Assembly (NCBI GenBank): GCA_030265395.1
Contig: JARFYF010000052.1
Coordinates: forward strand, 72,771,362-72,835,361
Length of the DNA: 64,000 nucleotides
Direction of reading: 5' to 3'
DNA from: Rhina ancylostomus
Lineage: Eukaryota
A program made the translations under genes and the position numbers. The notes beneath the pieces were generated by a model. The model did no database searches. It was given only the letters and a program-made list of their open reading frames with translations, and had not been told where the DNA came from. Below are positions 49,901 to 62,772 of this stretch, in pieces; the first letter of the stretch is position 1; each line of letters begins with the position of its first letter.

Positions 49901-52365
49901 CAATTGATCAAAGTATGAGATCAATGTTTGGAGCCAAACTCATATTTGATCATTCTATAAAATCACTGATAAAATTTATTGCTGTTGAGCATCAGGAAAG
50001 GATCCAAGCTCACCCAATTCTGCTTTAAAACTGAATATGAAAATTTACATGTGAATTACATATAAAAGTCAAACATTTAACCATTGATAATATTACATTA
50101 TCTGCACTTGGAATAACTNNNNNNNNNNNNNNNNNNNNNNNNNNNNNNNNNNNNNNNNNNNNNNNNNNNNNNNNNNNNNNNNNNNNNNNNNNNNNNNNNN
50201 NNNNNNNNNNNNNNNNNNTTAGAAACAACTTCTTTCAAGGTTTGAATCATTAATGATATTGTCGGTTAGGGCTTCCTGTGGCTGTAAAATTCCATGTGTA
50301 ATCCATCAGTAATAACAAGAGCTGATCAGCAAACACATTTAGCACTAATACAAAAACAATCATTGGATACACTGTAAAGTCAACGATCCACACTGCTGCC
50401 ACACCACTTTTGTCATTTTTTCCCCATTTAGCTAGCAGTTGAGTGACAACAGGTTTAAATAGTGTGATTGCTTTTGATTTAACTGGGAGTAGAGCCATTA
50501 TAATTAACCTCGCTGTTTCCAGCAAGGATAATGGTAGCAGCTTGTCATCCTTTTGTGCTGTTCATGAGTCTCCAGGCTGCATTACAATGGGGACAATCCT
50601 CAGGGAAATTGGAAGCGTAATGCTCATGAGCAAAATATTCTTCACAAGTAAACTCAAAAATAAATTTTGCAATGTGTTTTTATTAAGAAAATAATTTTTA
50701 AGAATAGATTTTCTGGAATTTTCCTTACTTAAGGATTATAAAGTGAAGAAAGAGGACAATTGTCCATTGAATGCTTACTGCTTCCCCAGAGCCATTCAAA
50801 ATTCATCCCACTACATTAGAATCACTCCATGTGTCTTCTTCTAGTGTAATGGTTGTGTCCATTTTCCTCCACTGTCTTTATTATTCCCAGTGGCAAAGTG
50901 TTTGATGTACCAAGGAGTCTTTCACCACTTAGTGTATCAGCACACTCTTCAAAGTAACATTTCAACAACTGACTCTATTCAGTGTTCTCTGGTTAAGGAA
51001 CCATAAACTGGGTAGAATCTGTCGTAAGAGAAAATTGTGCAAAATGAGAGTTGTATCATTAGATGGAGTTGTATGCCCTTCTCTGAATCCAAGCTTTAAA
51101 CTCTTCTGCCATTCTGTAATATGCATAACTATGAGAAGTTTCCATATGAAGTATACAGGGAAGGTTTTCCTATTTCTCTTGGCTGCATATAATTCAGAGA
51201 CATGGGTGGAGGAAAATTAATCTGAACATATTAAACTCCTAATGGAGCCCACCAGATTGAATTAGTGAATAGAAAATTGGGAAGTTTCCTTTTAAAGTCA
51301 TACAATCCACTCTGCCTAATTTTTCTCTGTGTCCTGTTCTATTTATTGGGCCAGAGAATGCTGATCAGGTCTGTTGTCTGTGCTCACCCCTTCTCCTTTC
51401 TTCATGACCCATTTACCATTTGTGGCTCTGTGGTTCCAAATAGGCTCAAGACTGCCATAGTCACCCAGCCAACAGAGCAACCATGAGTGCCCACAAGCCC
51501 TCAGGATGTGGATCCTGGCCTGTTGCCCATGGAATACCTTGATGGGCTTTGAACAATTATCTGCTGTCAAAGGCCTTTGAACTATTTGTAGATGTCTTGG
51601 ACATTTAAAAACATCTCAGATACTTTAAAAAAAAATTAAACAATAAAATTATTTTGAAAATGTATTTAAAATTAAACAATTAGGTTTCAGATTATCAGGC
51701 TGTAACTGTATTTCTTAAAGTGCATATTAAAATAAATAGTTCAACCTACCAGAAATTATGAGAAAACTTACAGTTAGGTAAAATAATGAAAAATAAACAA
51801 ATGCCTGACTTGGACATTCTTTTCCAATTAAGGCAATGACTTCATTCAAATTAATGTGATCATGCTTCTTATGTTTACCATCCTTGGTGGAAGGCAGATG
51901 TGAAGTGCATCCAGCCTCTACACATCAGTGCATTTGTGCTGTGCCCCTGGATTCAGTGTTTGAGTCCAATAGCAGAGCGCNNNNNNNNNNNNNNNNNNNN
52001 NNNNNNNNNNNNNNNNNNNNNNNNNNNNNNNNNNNNNNNNNNNNNNNNNNNNNNNNNNNNNNNNNNNNNNNNNNNNNNNNNNNNNNNNNNNNNNNNNNNN
52101 NNNNNNNNNNNNNNNNNNNNNNNNNNNNNNNNNNNNNNNNNNNNNNNNNNNNNNNNNNNNNNNNNNNNNNNNNNNNNNNNNNNNNNNNNNNNNNNNNNNN
52201 NNNNNNNNNNNNNNNNNNNNNNNNNNNNNNNNNNNNNNNNNNNNNNNNNNNNNNNNNNNNNNNNNNNNNNNNNNNNNNNNNNNNNNNNNNNNNNNNNNNN
52301 NNNNNNNNNNNNNNNNNNNNNNNNNNNNNNNNNNNNNNNNNNNNNNNNNNNNNNNNNNNNNNNNN

Positions 52366-52540
52366 GTACATCAAAACACACAGTGAAATGCATCTTTTGC
52401 ATAGAGTGTTCTGGGGGCAGCCTGCAAGTGTCGCCACACTTCCGGCACCAACATAGCATGCCCACAACTTCCTAACCTGTATATCTTTGGAATGTGGGTG
52501 GAAACCAGAGCATCCAGAGGAAACCCACGCAGACACAGGG
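52366..52540 (-). mobile_element. V-SINE fragment with the same alternative tail as the 21276 copy
   Basis: Reverse complement aligns closely to 21345-21645. Confidence 0.85.
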
Positions 52541-55500
52541 TTTCAGATTATCAGAGTGTAACTGTATTTTTTAAGATGCTAATAAAAACAAGTGGCTTCC
52601 AATATCTGTGAGTTTTGTCCATTTTCAAAGTAAAGTTTATAGCAGGAGAGCAGAGTAACATGCTTAGAAATTTAAGGCCAATGTTTTTGTTGAACGCACT
52701 GTAGAAAAAGTTAATGACAATTCATGTGGCTTCAAGGAATGATTTAAAGTGTATACACGCACAGTAGAGTTTATCACATGTGTATACTGTGTTGAAAGTG
52801 CAGGCTTGCCTGCACAAAACCAAGTGAGGTTTAAGTAGGGAAGCCTTGATTTGCCAGAATAAGGGTCTGACACAATGTTGGCATGATTGAGCACACTTGC
52901 TTCATCTAGTCTGCCCTGTTCATTTTTTTTTTGTGTGTGCACTGATATGCAATTACATTAAACAAGCAGTGGTCTGTAATGATGCCAAGTAAAATTTACA
53001 TTGATTTTTCTTTAGAAAAGACGTGTATTGGGCAGCTTCACCTTTAGTCAAAAATTATGCAATTATGACTAGATGACAGCAGGCTCTATGAATGGTTTGT
53101 AAAATTTCCTATGTAAGTTGTACAGCAAGTAAATACTCAATCTGAACAATTAACAAGACTATGAGAAGATTTCCACCACTTTCTTCACTTTTATTATTTA
53201 CGCACAACCAATTTATTACATAAATATGGAGTATGAACTCAGGCTTAAACTATCGGGTTTTATAGCTTTAATCTATTCTGTAGGTTCTATGTGGTTCAAT
53301 ATAAAAGGGAGATAATTTTCCATTAACAAATAATGGCCCAAATTTTGTGGGATATTGATGGCAAACCTTTCAGCAGCAACCTTGAGGTTTCCATTGCAAA
53401 TCCCAAAGTTGCTGTCAATGAACCGACTCTGGTCTGCAGCCAACCTTCAATTATTGGAGCTCATCAAGAGAGAGTCAAATGCTGTGATATAAATGGAGGT
53501 TACAATCCTCTGCCAAATTGGAAAAGGTACACAGTGCACTCATATTAATTTGAATAGAGGAGAATTGTCGCAAGACATTCAGGTGAATATTCATTAATGT
53601 TGATTTTTTTTTGAAGTGTGTTTTAAAGTATATTACAGAATGTTTAAGTTTTCAAACTTATGGAAAATTTTAATAGTTTTTGATTGTTTTTAAATGACCC
53701 TGAAACATTTGGGAATATTTGTTCCATTTAAGTCTGGTGGGCATGACTTAGTTTAGTGCCAGAATTTTTTCCTTTTTTGGCCTTGGTTCAGGTCATCCCA
53801 TGTGAGGAATTTTTCTAGTGTTGGGGACCTTACCAACTTTCCCTCCAAGATCCTGCTGGGATGATTACGTGTGTCAGTATCTTTGATAGGTACACTAGCT
53901 CCCCTCAGATCACAAATCTGCCTCAAGGGAATTTATCAAAAGAAAATAACTTTGACTTATGCATAATGGCTCACAGCAAGAGAACATATAGGCCTTAGGT
54001 TTATTCCATGAGTCTTTCCTTATTTTAGTATTTGAAATAATTTCAAAGGTCTCAATACCACTTTATTTTTAGAGTATTCAAGTACATTCTTCATTTGAAA
54101 GTTGTGACTAAACTAAGTACAAGGGCATGTAAAGTTTGGATGGTTTTGTGCAGGAAATGAACCTGGAGGCCATTGTGCATTAATTTGTAATGACCTGATA
54201 TAGCAATGATTAAAGTGAATGGCCAGAAAATCTTTGTGCCTCATCTTCCATTCCACATTGCTATTGATTTGAGTTCTATACTGGGAGTATCCAGTCTGAG
54301 GAAAAAAATTCTGCTCTTAGCTTTTAACAAAAGTTGCTACAAAAGTTTGTATTTTGAGATGTTATGAGGTATCAAAGTTAATTAAAAAACACTGAGATTG
54401 TTTTATTACCAGTTTAACATCTCAGGTACATTCCTATTACTTTTCAGTTTTTATTTTTAGGAATCAGAAAATGGAAGAAAATCAAAGGGAAAAAAAGAAC
54501 AAATTAACAGAGTGTTATTAAATCTCTGGTCTAACAAGACTAACATGCCTTTAAGTTAAATGATAGTCCACATTTCATCACACATTTGACAGACATCACA
54601 TTTTTAAATTCATTTTATGGATGAAGATGTTACTGGCAAGGGCAGCATCTATTGCCCAGGGCTATACATTGTCCAGGTTTTCCTACAGACAAGGACTGCT
54701 TCATGATGTAAGTGTAAATCATCATATGTAACAGGCACTGATAACACTGTCAATGATACCGTCTGCACTTTGATGATGGTTGTGATTAGGTTACTAGGAA
54801 ACAAGCTGGGAGGGATATGCTACTGATTTCTTTGGACATAGTTTACACAATCTATCCCTAGGTTGTGGTATCACACAATACAATGAGTGACATTCATCAG
54901 CTACAGGAGGGTCATAATGAGCATTTGAGTCCTTGTTTGATTAATGCTATAAAAACATACAGTGTGCACAGTCAATGTTGAGCTCTCACAGCTGAGTGAC
55001 AACTACTGTGCTCTAATGAGTCTGTTATGTTCTTGGGACAAGGTGTAGCCCTGGATCCCAAAGAGGAAGTCTGGTACAATGGCTCCATGATTCCATGAGT
55101 TAAATTCTGGCCCAGAGCACTGCCTGGAAATGGTGCAGAAAGCTTTGGATTGCTCCGGTGGGCTGACGTCAACCATATGCTGATGCATATGTTTCCTAGA
55201 TGNNNNNNNNNNNNNNNNNNGGAGCTGGCTGTTCTCACCCCTTCCCAGAGCTGCAGTTGGACAGCCACAGCACGGCAACATCATGCCCTTGGTGCCTCAA
55301 AACTGGTCAGTCCTCACACCGGCATAAACCAACTTTGTGCCTGTAGAGGGCACTGTTTGCTAATTGCCTCCTTGGTTTTATGAATTCTATTACATAGAAT
55401 TCTTTTTGTGATTCCATATACTGTTCCATGTGAGCTAACTTAATAACATTTTACTAAAAATCATTTTGTGACACACCAGGTGAGAGAAAATGTCTCTTCC

Positions 55501-56124
55501 TATTTGAAAACTAACCTGCCAGATGTAAATCTAGTGGGGCTGAAAATCCTTGGCCCAACCAACCTAACTCACAGGAAAATGGGGAAAGGATGACAAAACA
55601 ATCTGGATTCCCATTTTAGCACCAGTTTAGAAGTACCCATGGAAGTAACTTCATAACCCTGGTGGAATTGCAGAGATGGGCATACCAGTAATGTTTCAAA
55701 ATACCCAACATGAACAGCCAGGAGCTGAATTATTTCCTACTTTGGAATTACTGACTCCCTTATGGAAGGTGGTCTTTGGAACTTAACTGGAAACACCTGA
55801 ACTTGTTTGGTCTCAAGCTGAGCAGACTCAGTCCAGTCAGTAATTGAAAGTTAAAACATCTGGGAATACCAGAAGCAGTAGGGTTATATGGAGATGCAAA
55901 GTACTGTCTTGTCTGCAATGCCCCAGTGTTTGCAGTGGTCTGGGAATTTAACTTTTGACTTTATGAAGGATAACATGAGCACTGCAAACTTCCCTCCACT
56001 GCATAAAGATGCCACCAGTTTCTGGACTTCTCTCCTCATGGTGATGTGGAGACCTCATAAGAAACAGAAGCAGGAAAAGGATCACCTGAACCCTCAAGCC
56101 TGCTCTGCCTTTCAAAACCTTTAA

Positions 56125-56365
56125 ACTTTATTTATACAGCACGATAACAGGCCCTTCAGGCCAAATGAGCCTGTGCCACCCAATTACACCCATGTTAACC
56201 TACTAACCTGGATGTCTTTGGAAGTGGAAGGAAACCAGAGCACCCAGAGGAAACCCACACNNNNNNNNNNNNNNNNNNNNNNNNNNNNTACAAACTCCTT
56301 ACAGACAGCAGCGGTAATTGAACCTTGATCACTGGCGCTGTAATAGCATTACGCTACTGTGCCAC
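56125..56365 (-). mobile_element. HE1/V-SINE-like SINE (same subfamily as 19531)
   Basis: Head rc gtggcacagtagcgtaatgctattacagcgccag...ggttcaattacc; V-domain; tail gcctgaagggcctgtt. Confidence 0.8.
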
Positions 56366-56621
56366 TAATTCACGATCTGGCAAGTTTCCTGTCTGAACCC
56401 CTTAACTTTTGGTTCCCTATGTTCTATCAAGCTGGGTCTAGAATGTGTAAGATTTGAGTAAAGAAATTTCTATTCATTTCTGTCCTAAATGGCAAACCAC
56501 TTATCCAGAGCCAAGCCCCTGCGCTCAGATGCAGCCAAATCAGTGAGGCCTCTCCATGGACAATCGAATTCAGTGACTTCCCATCGCAAGTATTTATTCA
56601 GTATTTTCTTTAACTGGCCAG

Positions 56622-56791
56622 GGATTTGCGTGGAAACAAGTTCCAATGTGACTGTAAAACAAAATGGATGACCTCTTGGTTGAAGACCATAAATGCCACT
56701 GTGACAGATGTTTTCTGTGCTGGCCCACCAGATCATGAGGGAAAGAAGCTAACTGACCTGGCAGCCTCTGAGTTTGACTGCATGTCAACAG
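56622..56791 (+). CDS. LGI2: LGI2 exon 6 (LRR C-terminal cap)
   Basis: ccag|G...G|gtatgt; 170 bp; DLRGNKFQCDCKTKWMTSWLKTINATVTDVFCAGPPDHEGKKLTDLAASEFDCMST with the four LRRCT cysteines. Confidence 0.96.
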
Positions 56792-56939
56792 GTATGTTGT
56801 CTCCCATATTGTCTGCAAGTAATGAAAATGTAATTGTATAGTCAGTTATATTAATCATAGTTCTTAGCAAATATCTTTATTTAAGAACAATACAAATAAT
56901 GAGTAAAATGCAGTCCCTAAAAGTTACAGTTCTCTCCTT

Positions 56940-58000
56940 GGTTATCCACTGACCATCTCTCAGAGTCTCAGCCCAATCAATTGGTTCTCAAGCCATGCCA
57001 GTATATTATCTCCAGTTCTATGTGTTCTGAGTTTGTTGACCAACCTCCCATGTGGGATCAGAAGCCTCCTGAAAATCGAACCACACCACATCCACTGATT
57101 TTTATGTTTCCTTATCCATTCCACTAGTTACATTCTCAAAACACTCCAATAGATTAGTCAAACATTATTTCTCTTTCATAAATCAGAGTTGACTCTCCTC
57201 ATTCCTACCCTACTCAAGATGTTCTGTTATTAAATACTTTGTTTTAGATTCTAGTACTGACAGTAGCTTCCTGCTTTCTCTCTCCCTCCTCCTTAAATAG
57301 TGGGGTCACATATGCTACACTCCAATCTGTAAGAACCATTCCAGAATCTACAGAATTTTGAAAGATGATAACCATTGCATCATGAGATGTGATAGTTTTC
57401 AGCCTCACCAACTTCTAGTACTTTGTTTTTTACTCTGTTATTAATTTCCTTCAGTTCTTTGGTTCTCTACATTCACTGGCAGGCGTTCGTAAAGGCCCAT
57501 TGTAAATTCTCCCAACAATAGATCCACATTTGCCCTAAATGGTTATTCCCTTTGTACATATGAGTGGAAGCTTTTACAGTCTTTTTATGGTTCTCACCGG
57601 TTAATTTTCAAGTTCTACTTTTATCAGTTTTTTCGGTTCTTCTTTGCTGAGTTCTAAAATGCTCCCAATCCTAAGAACTAGTGCTATTTTCTGGCAACTT
57701 TATAAGCCCTTTCCTTTGATTTAATACTATNNNNNNNNNNNNNNNNNNNNNNNNNNNNNNNNNNNNNNNNNNNNNNNNNNNNNNNNNNNNNNNNNNNNNN
57801 NNNNNNNNNNNNNNNNNNNNNNNNNNNNNNACTATCTTTAATTTCTCCTGTCAGCCATAGAAGGATCAGATTTCCTGTTCGGACTTTGTACTTTCAAAGA
57901 AAAATATCGTCTATTATTTCTTTAAATGCTGGTTTGCGCCCGTCCACTGACTTATCTTAAAATCCCATCAACCGCTGCTGATTTGCCCCTTATACCTTCA
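56940..58000 (-). mobile_element. Decayed CR1-type LINE fragment
   Basis: gcctcctgaaaatcgaaccacaccacatccactg, ccattccagaatctacagaattttg etc. parallel the CR1 fragment at 20845-22050. Confidence 0.7.
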
Positions 58001-58029
58001 TGAGCTTCAATCACAATCCTCCAATGAGC

Positions 58030-58760
58030 CCTTCACCTACAATGTTCCCAGCTGCATGGTGTTGTGCTGGACATCATTATGAACCCCTTGCTGGCAAATA
58101 CCGAACAGTTTTGTGCACAACTTTGTGGGCCAAAGGGCCTGAATTGTGCCATAGTTTTTCTATTTTTTTCTAGAACCTCCAGGCATATCGAGGTCACTAT
58201 TAGCACACCTTCAATATTCTAGTGGCTTACTCTTTGGCACTTCTAATGTGGCTCTCATAGTGCTTCTGCACAAGGTTCCTCATGGGTATTCCAAGGCAGA
58301 TGTAAGGATAATATTAGTTGTCTCCTAAGAATCAGTACATAGGTCTGTTTCCTAGAATATAAATGACTGAAATATTGGGCCTTTACAGTGCTCCTTGGGA
58401 AACTGGTGCCCAGCTACATGCATTTCAGCTGTACATAAGAGAATGAATATTCTTTCCAGTTTATGTAAGTTTCTGACTGTAGTACAGGTGCTCAAAGTGC
58501 CATGTTTGTGCAATCCTTCTGGGGATGGTTATCATGGGAAAGTTTACAATCTTCTCAGTTCAGGCAAACAACCCACTTGCCTTATGTACTTATTTTACTG
58601 AATAGCTGGGCCTTTGATATATATTGGATAGCACATCGCAAGAAAGCAGAGGCAAAAAAAAATGACAGTGGTGATCTTTACAGACACTTGTGATGGTCAC
58701 CCAGTGGTTCAAGCAACTGGAGATACCCCACCACCATCTGGCATAACACCCTCAGTCAAA
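58030..58760 (-). mobile_element. Possible PIF/Harbinger transposase relic
   Basis: Minus strand shows colinear but heavily broken motifs: PVA..VT, FFAS, VNFP, FPRST (cf. FPGSxHD), FLGD, YESH, QHN (cf. LHN). Confidence 0.4.
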
Positions 58761-59268
58761 GGAAGTGCTGCCCCTCCAAGGGGTCATCAAGAAATGGTGA
58801 AATTAAGTCAATATTAAGATGTCTAAGAAGCAGTAATTAGATGCACTGCAAAATATTTTCATTGTGCTTCATTGTTTTTAGCATCAACTTGGATACTGTA
58901 ATTACTCCCTTNNNNNNNNNNNNNNNNNNNNNNNNNNNNNNNNNNNNNNNNNNATATGTTGTTAATGCTGAAAGGAACCTTCTGTGTAATTTTAATTGTG
59001 TGAGATAAATAAAGGGCAAATATTATTCTTGCTTTTCACTTTGTCAGGCTGAGTAAAGCTATTGATGCTGTACACAGAATGTTCCAACCTGCTCTTTAAA
59101 ATCACTGTGACATTGATTTACAATTCTCACTCTGAAATAAACCATAAAATCTTTGGTTTACCTAAAGTTTTGTGAATATTTGGCTAAAAGCTAGGCAATT
59201 AATTGAGTGTTTGATTTTTCCTTCATTATATTGATGCTTGTGTCTGAAAGATGCTGTTTTATTTGCAG

Positions 59269-59433
59269 AGTTTGTACTGCACCAGATTTTACCTTATGAG
59301 TCTGTATCTGTGAACACGTTCTCTTTTAAGAATGATGTTTACGTAGCAATCGCACAACCAAATGTGGGAAACTGCAGCGTGTTAGAATGGGACCATATTG
59401 AGATGAATTTTAGAAATTATGACAATATTACTG
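59269..59433 (+). CDS. LGI2: LGI2 exon 7 (first EPTP/EAR repeat); gene continues beyond the window
   Basis: ttgcag|AG...G|gtatgt; 165 bp; [55 protein letters not shown]; [11 protein letters not shown] and WDHIEMNFR match LGI2 rather than LGI1/3/4. Confidence 0.96.
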
Positions 59434-62274
59434 GTATGTACAAATCTAACTAACATTTACTGTGTGTATTTGTACATTATTTACATTGTTTTTGAAAGGT
59501 GAATTTCTCACTATCCCAACCCTCTGCATGCAGTTCATATAATTTTAAGATACTCAACCATGCAGACTGGGGAAGTCAGGGAAGGAGGAAAGTTCATGGT
59601 CTCAGGATTAATCCCCACTGAGCTGGCTTAAGAATTAATGACAGCTGCTCATTTAATATTTATNNNNNNNNNNNGGAAGGGCAAATTCTCTGGTCCTGAT
59701 TTCCATGCATCCCAGTTGGAAAATCTCCATTCAAAAAAATTCACCAAAGAGATGGGTGAGTTTGCCCATCATTCTGATGTTTGCTCTCTGGAGTTACAGA
59801 GGGAGAGAATGATCACTTGGGTAAAGTAAAAGGGGTCCACCGGAACATAGTCCAGATTGAATTCCTACCACTAGGAGAGACTGGGGAAAAATAATATAAA
59901 TGGTATCTCATTTCAATTTATGTGTTTGATTATATGCTGGTTCTTGATCATAATTTCATGCAGGTTTATAAAAATAAAAAAACAGTGATATAACAATGAA
60001 AACCAATGCAATACATCTATAGATGACTGGCTGCCTACTATAAAGTTCAAGGATGTGATCGTAATATTGATGCACTGGATTTTACTACCTCACCATTACA
60101 TTATTTCTCTGACTTTGCTATCAAAACATGAAGTAGGAAACTTTTAAGAATGACTGCAAATTTAGAGTTTTTCTAAATGTTTTAATTTTGAAATGTAAAT
60201 TGGTAATGTAATCAGACTACTTTTAATAACCAGACATAAATGGAGAGTGTGAATCAGAAGTCCACATCAGTGGTAATACACAGAGGGGATGTGTTTGGGC
60301 TTAAGTAATTTCATTTAGTATTTTCATAAAGCTGCATGCCTAACATTTTATCTGTGTTCCAACTTTAACACTAGATGGCCGCTGAACAGAACATGTATGT
60401 TCCTTCCACCACCATATCTGGACCAGGAGGATCAGGAATGCCTTCCACTGGTCCACCCAGCCACCATGTTAATCTCCCCAGCAACCATCTCACAGGCCTT
60501 GTCATCCAGTATCCCCTGTACCATCCATGGGCCCTCTGCAATGTTGTCCTACCTTTTCCCAATCTCTTCAACTGCCTTGCAGTCTCCTCTCCTCTTTCCA
60601 TAATCAGTTTACCTACAGCATTAATGCCCTCTCCTCTCCCAATTTCTCAAGCTACTTCCATCAATGTTCTCTGTTTCCGACTCCTGATCTCTCCCTCACT
60701 CTTCTCCATCACCATGGTGCCCTGATCAGACTTCCCTATGGTCATCCAGCTTCTCAATGCAGTTGGTGACAGAGAGGAAACAGATTCTAAAAGTGGTGAT
60801 GAGGTCCTACCATTAAATTGGACAGGACCTCAAGGTAAATCTTACAGTTCTGGCAGTTGCTACACTGGCTCTCTATTTCTTCCCAACTCTGAATTGATAT
60901 GATGTTTCAGATAAATGCAATTTTAAATAGAAAGAGCAGCCTCATCAAGCAATATTATTGGTTACTACATCTCAATATACAAAGAAAAAACTGGTGGAAA
61001 TCATTTTTTTCAGTGAAATTTCCACATGAAGAACTTCACAAAGTGAATGAAACTATTTTCAACAGAAAGGAATGTNNNNNNNNNNNNNNNNNNNNNNNNN
61101 NNNNNNNNNNNNNNNNNNNNNNNNNNNNNNNNNNNNNNNNNNNNNNNNNNNNNNNNNNNNNNNNNNNNNNNNNNNNNNNNNNNNNNNNNNNNNNNNNNNN
61201 NNNNNNNNNNNNNNNNNNNNNNNNNNNNNNNNNNNNNNNNNNNNNNNNNNNNNNNNNNNNNNNNNNNNNNNNNNNNNNNNNNNNNNNNNNNNNNNNNNNN
61301 NNNNTCAAGTTTTTATGACAGATATTTGTTCTAGAATTACATGTATTTTATTCGGAAAGGAGTGAAAGAGGCTGGGTAGGGGTTATACAGCATTTCTGGC
61401 AAGATGAGCTCAATGGAGCTTCATGACCTGTGTCCTTTCCTAAAGTGATTCATGAGCTTGTCCCATTAATTTCTTCTCCTTTGGGGATTCTCAAATTTCA
61501 CATTATTTATCATTTTGAAAGCAAGCTGGTGATTGGTTTACAGTGCCTCAGTCATTGGCATTTTGTAACTAGTTACTAAGTGGTGCGTAAAGCAACATAC
61601 CCATGTAAAACAAAAATGCAGTTTCTCATATTATTTGCATCCAGTGTTTATAATATACTGAAAGTTGAACCTGAAGTGCTTTGAACACAGTGAGTGTAGC
61701 CTACAATTTTATGGCAATGAGTTGTTTTTTTTCTTGGTGCAAATAGAATGCAAGAGTACACATGTCAACATAGAAAATTAGCAAAAGCTGATCATCAGCT
61801 TCAAAACATTGGACATTACCCATTTAAAGTCTGATAGACTTTCAGTTTCATAAGATGGGCATAACATGCTAAAGTAAAGAAGACTTTATAAGCTTTTGCA
61901 AATTATTGTTAGATCTACAGTTAGAATAATATGTTTGGCATTCCATTATGAAAAGGATCTAAAAATCATAGAGGGTGTTCAGCATAGATTCACTCGACTA
62001 ACACCAGGAATGAGAAACTAGCCATGAGGGGGAGAAGAAAAGATATTGAACTTATTTTCACGGCAGCAGAGTCTGTTAAGAGTGTTTTATTGTGGATTTT
62101 AAGATTATGAAAGGTTTCTTTGCAGTAATCAGGATTGAACATTTCTTCTGTGTGGCGAATCCATGGCAATAATACAAACTTGCATTTGTATAGTATCATT
62201 AATCTCTCAAGGTGCTTCACAGCAGTGTTATCCAGCAAAATATGACCCCAAACCACATTAGGACATATTCAAAT

Positions 62275-62600
62275 CATGGTTACATAGAACAGAACAGCTC
62301 TTCAGCCCACTGAGTCTGCACCGACCATGAAGCACCCATTTACACTTATCCAAATTTGTTCTCCCTATATTCCTATTAACTTTCCCCAGGTCCTAACACT
62401 TACTTACACACCAGGGACAATTTACAATGGCCAATTAACCTCCCAATTAATATGTCTTTGTGATGTGGGAGGAAACCAGAGGACCTGAGGGAAAGCCACA
62501 CGGTCACAGGGAGGATATGCGAACTCTGCATGGACAGCATTGGATGCCAAGATTGGAGCTGTGAGTCAATGGCTCTACAACTGCACCATGGTGAGCCATT
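62275..62600 (-). mobile_element. HE1/V-SINE-like SINE
   Basis: Aligns to the 12078 copy; tgtgggaggaaaccagag...ggtcacagggagga.atgcgaactc. Confidence 0.8.
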
Positions 62601-62644
62601 ATGGTGCAATCTTCCTGTGGAGGGGAAAAGAATTTCCTCACTGT

Positions 62645-62772
62645 GTGTATGGATATTGGAAATCTGAAATAAAAGAAGAACATACTGAACAAAACTTCAG
62701 CAATTCAGGTAGCGACAGCAGAGAGAAAAACAGACCGAATATTTCAGGTCAATGACCATTCATCAGAGCCTT
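62645..62772 (-). mobile_element. Penelope-like element end with intact hammerhead core boxes
   Basis: Minus strand ggctCTGATGAatggtcattgacctGAAAtattcggtc. Confidence 0.6.

Noticed and set aside
51884-52536. Long ORFs (170-203 aa), also those at 5033-5518 and 60899-61365
   Set aside because: Their length comes from runs of N; the flanks are SINE or intronic sequence.
60375-60725. 116-aa Pro/Ser-rich ATG ORF in LGI2 intron 7
   Set aside because: No similarity to the expected LGI2 exon 8 (GQSIVGCK...); C-rich composition and an SPSLFSITM end suggest a decayed LINE fragment.
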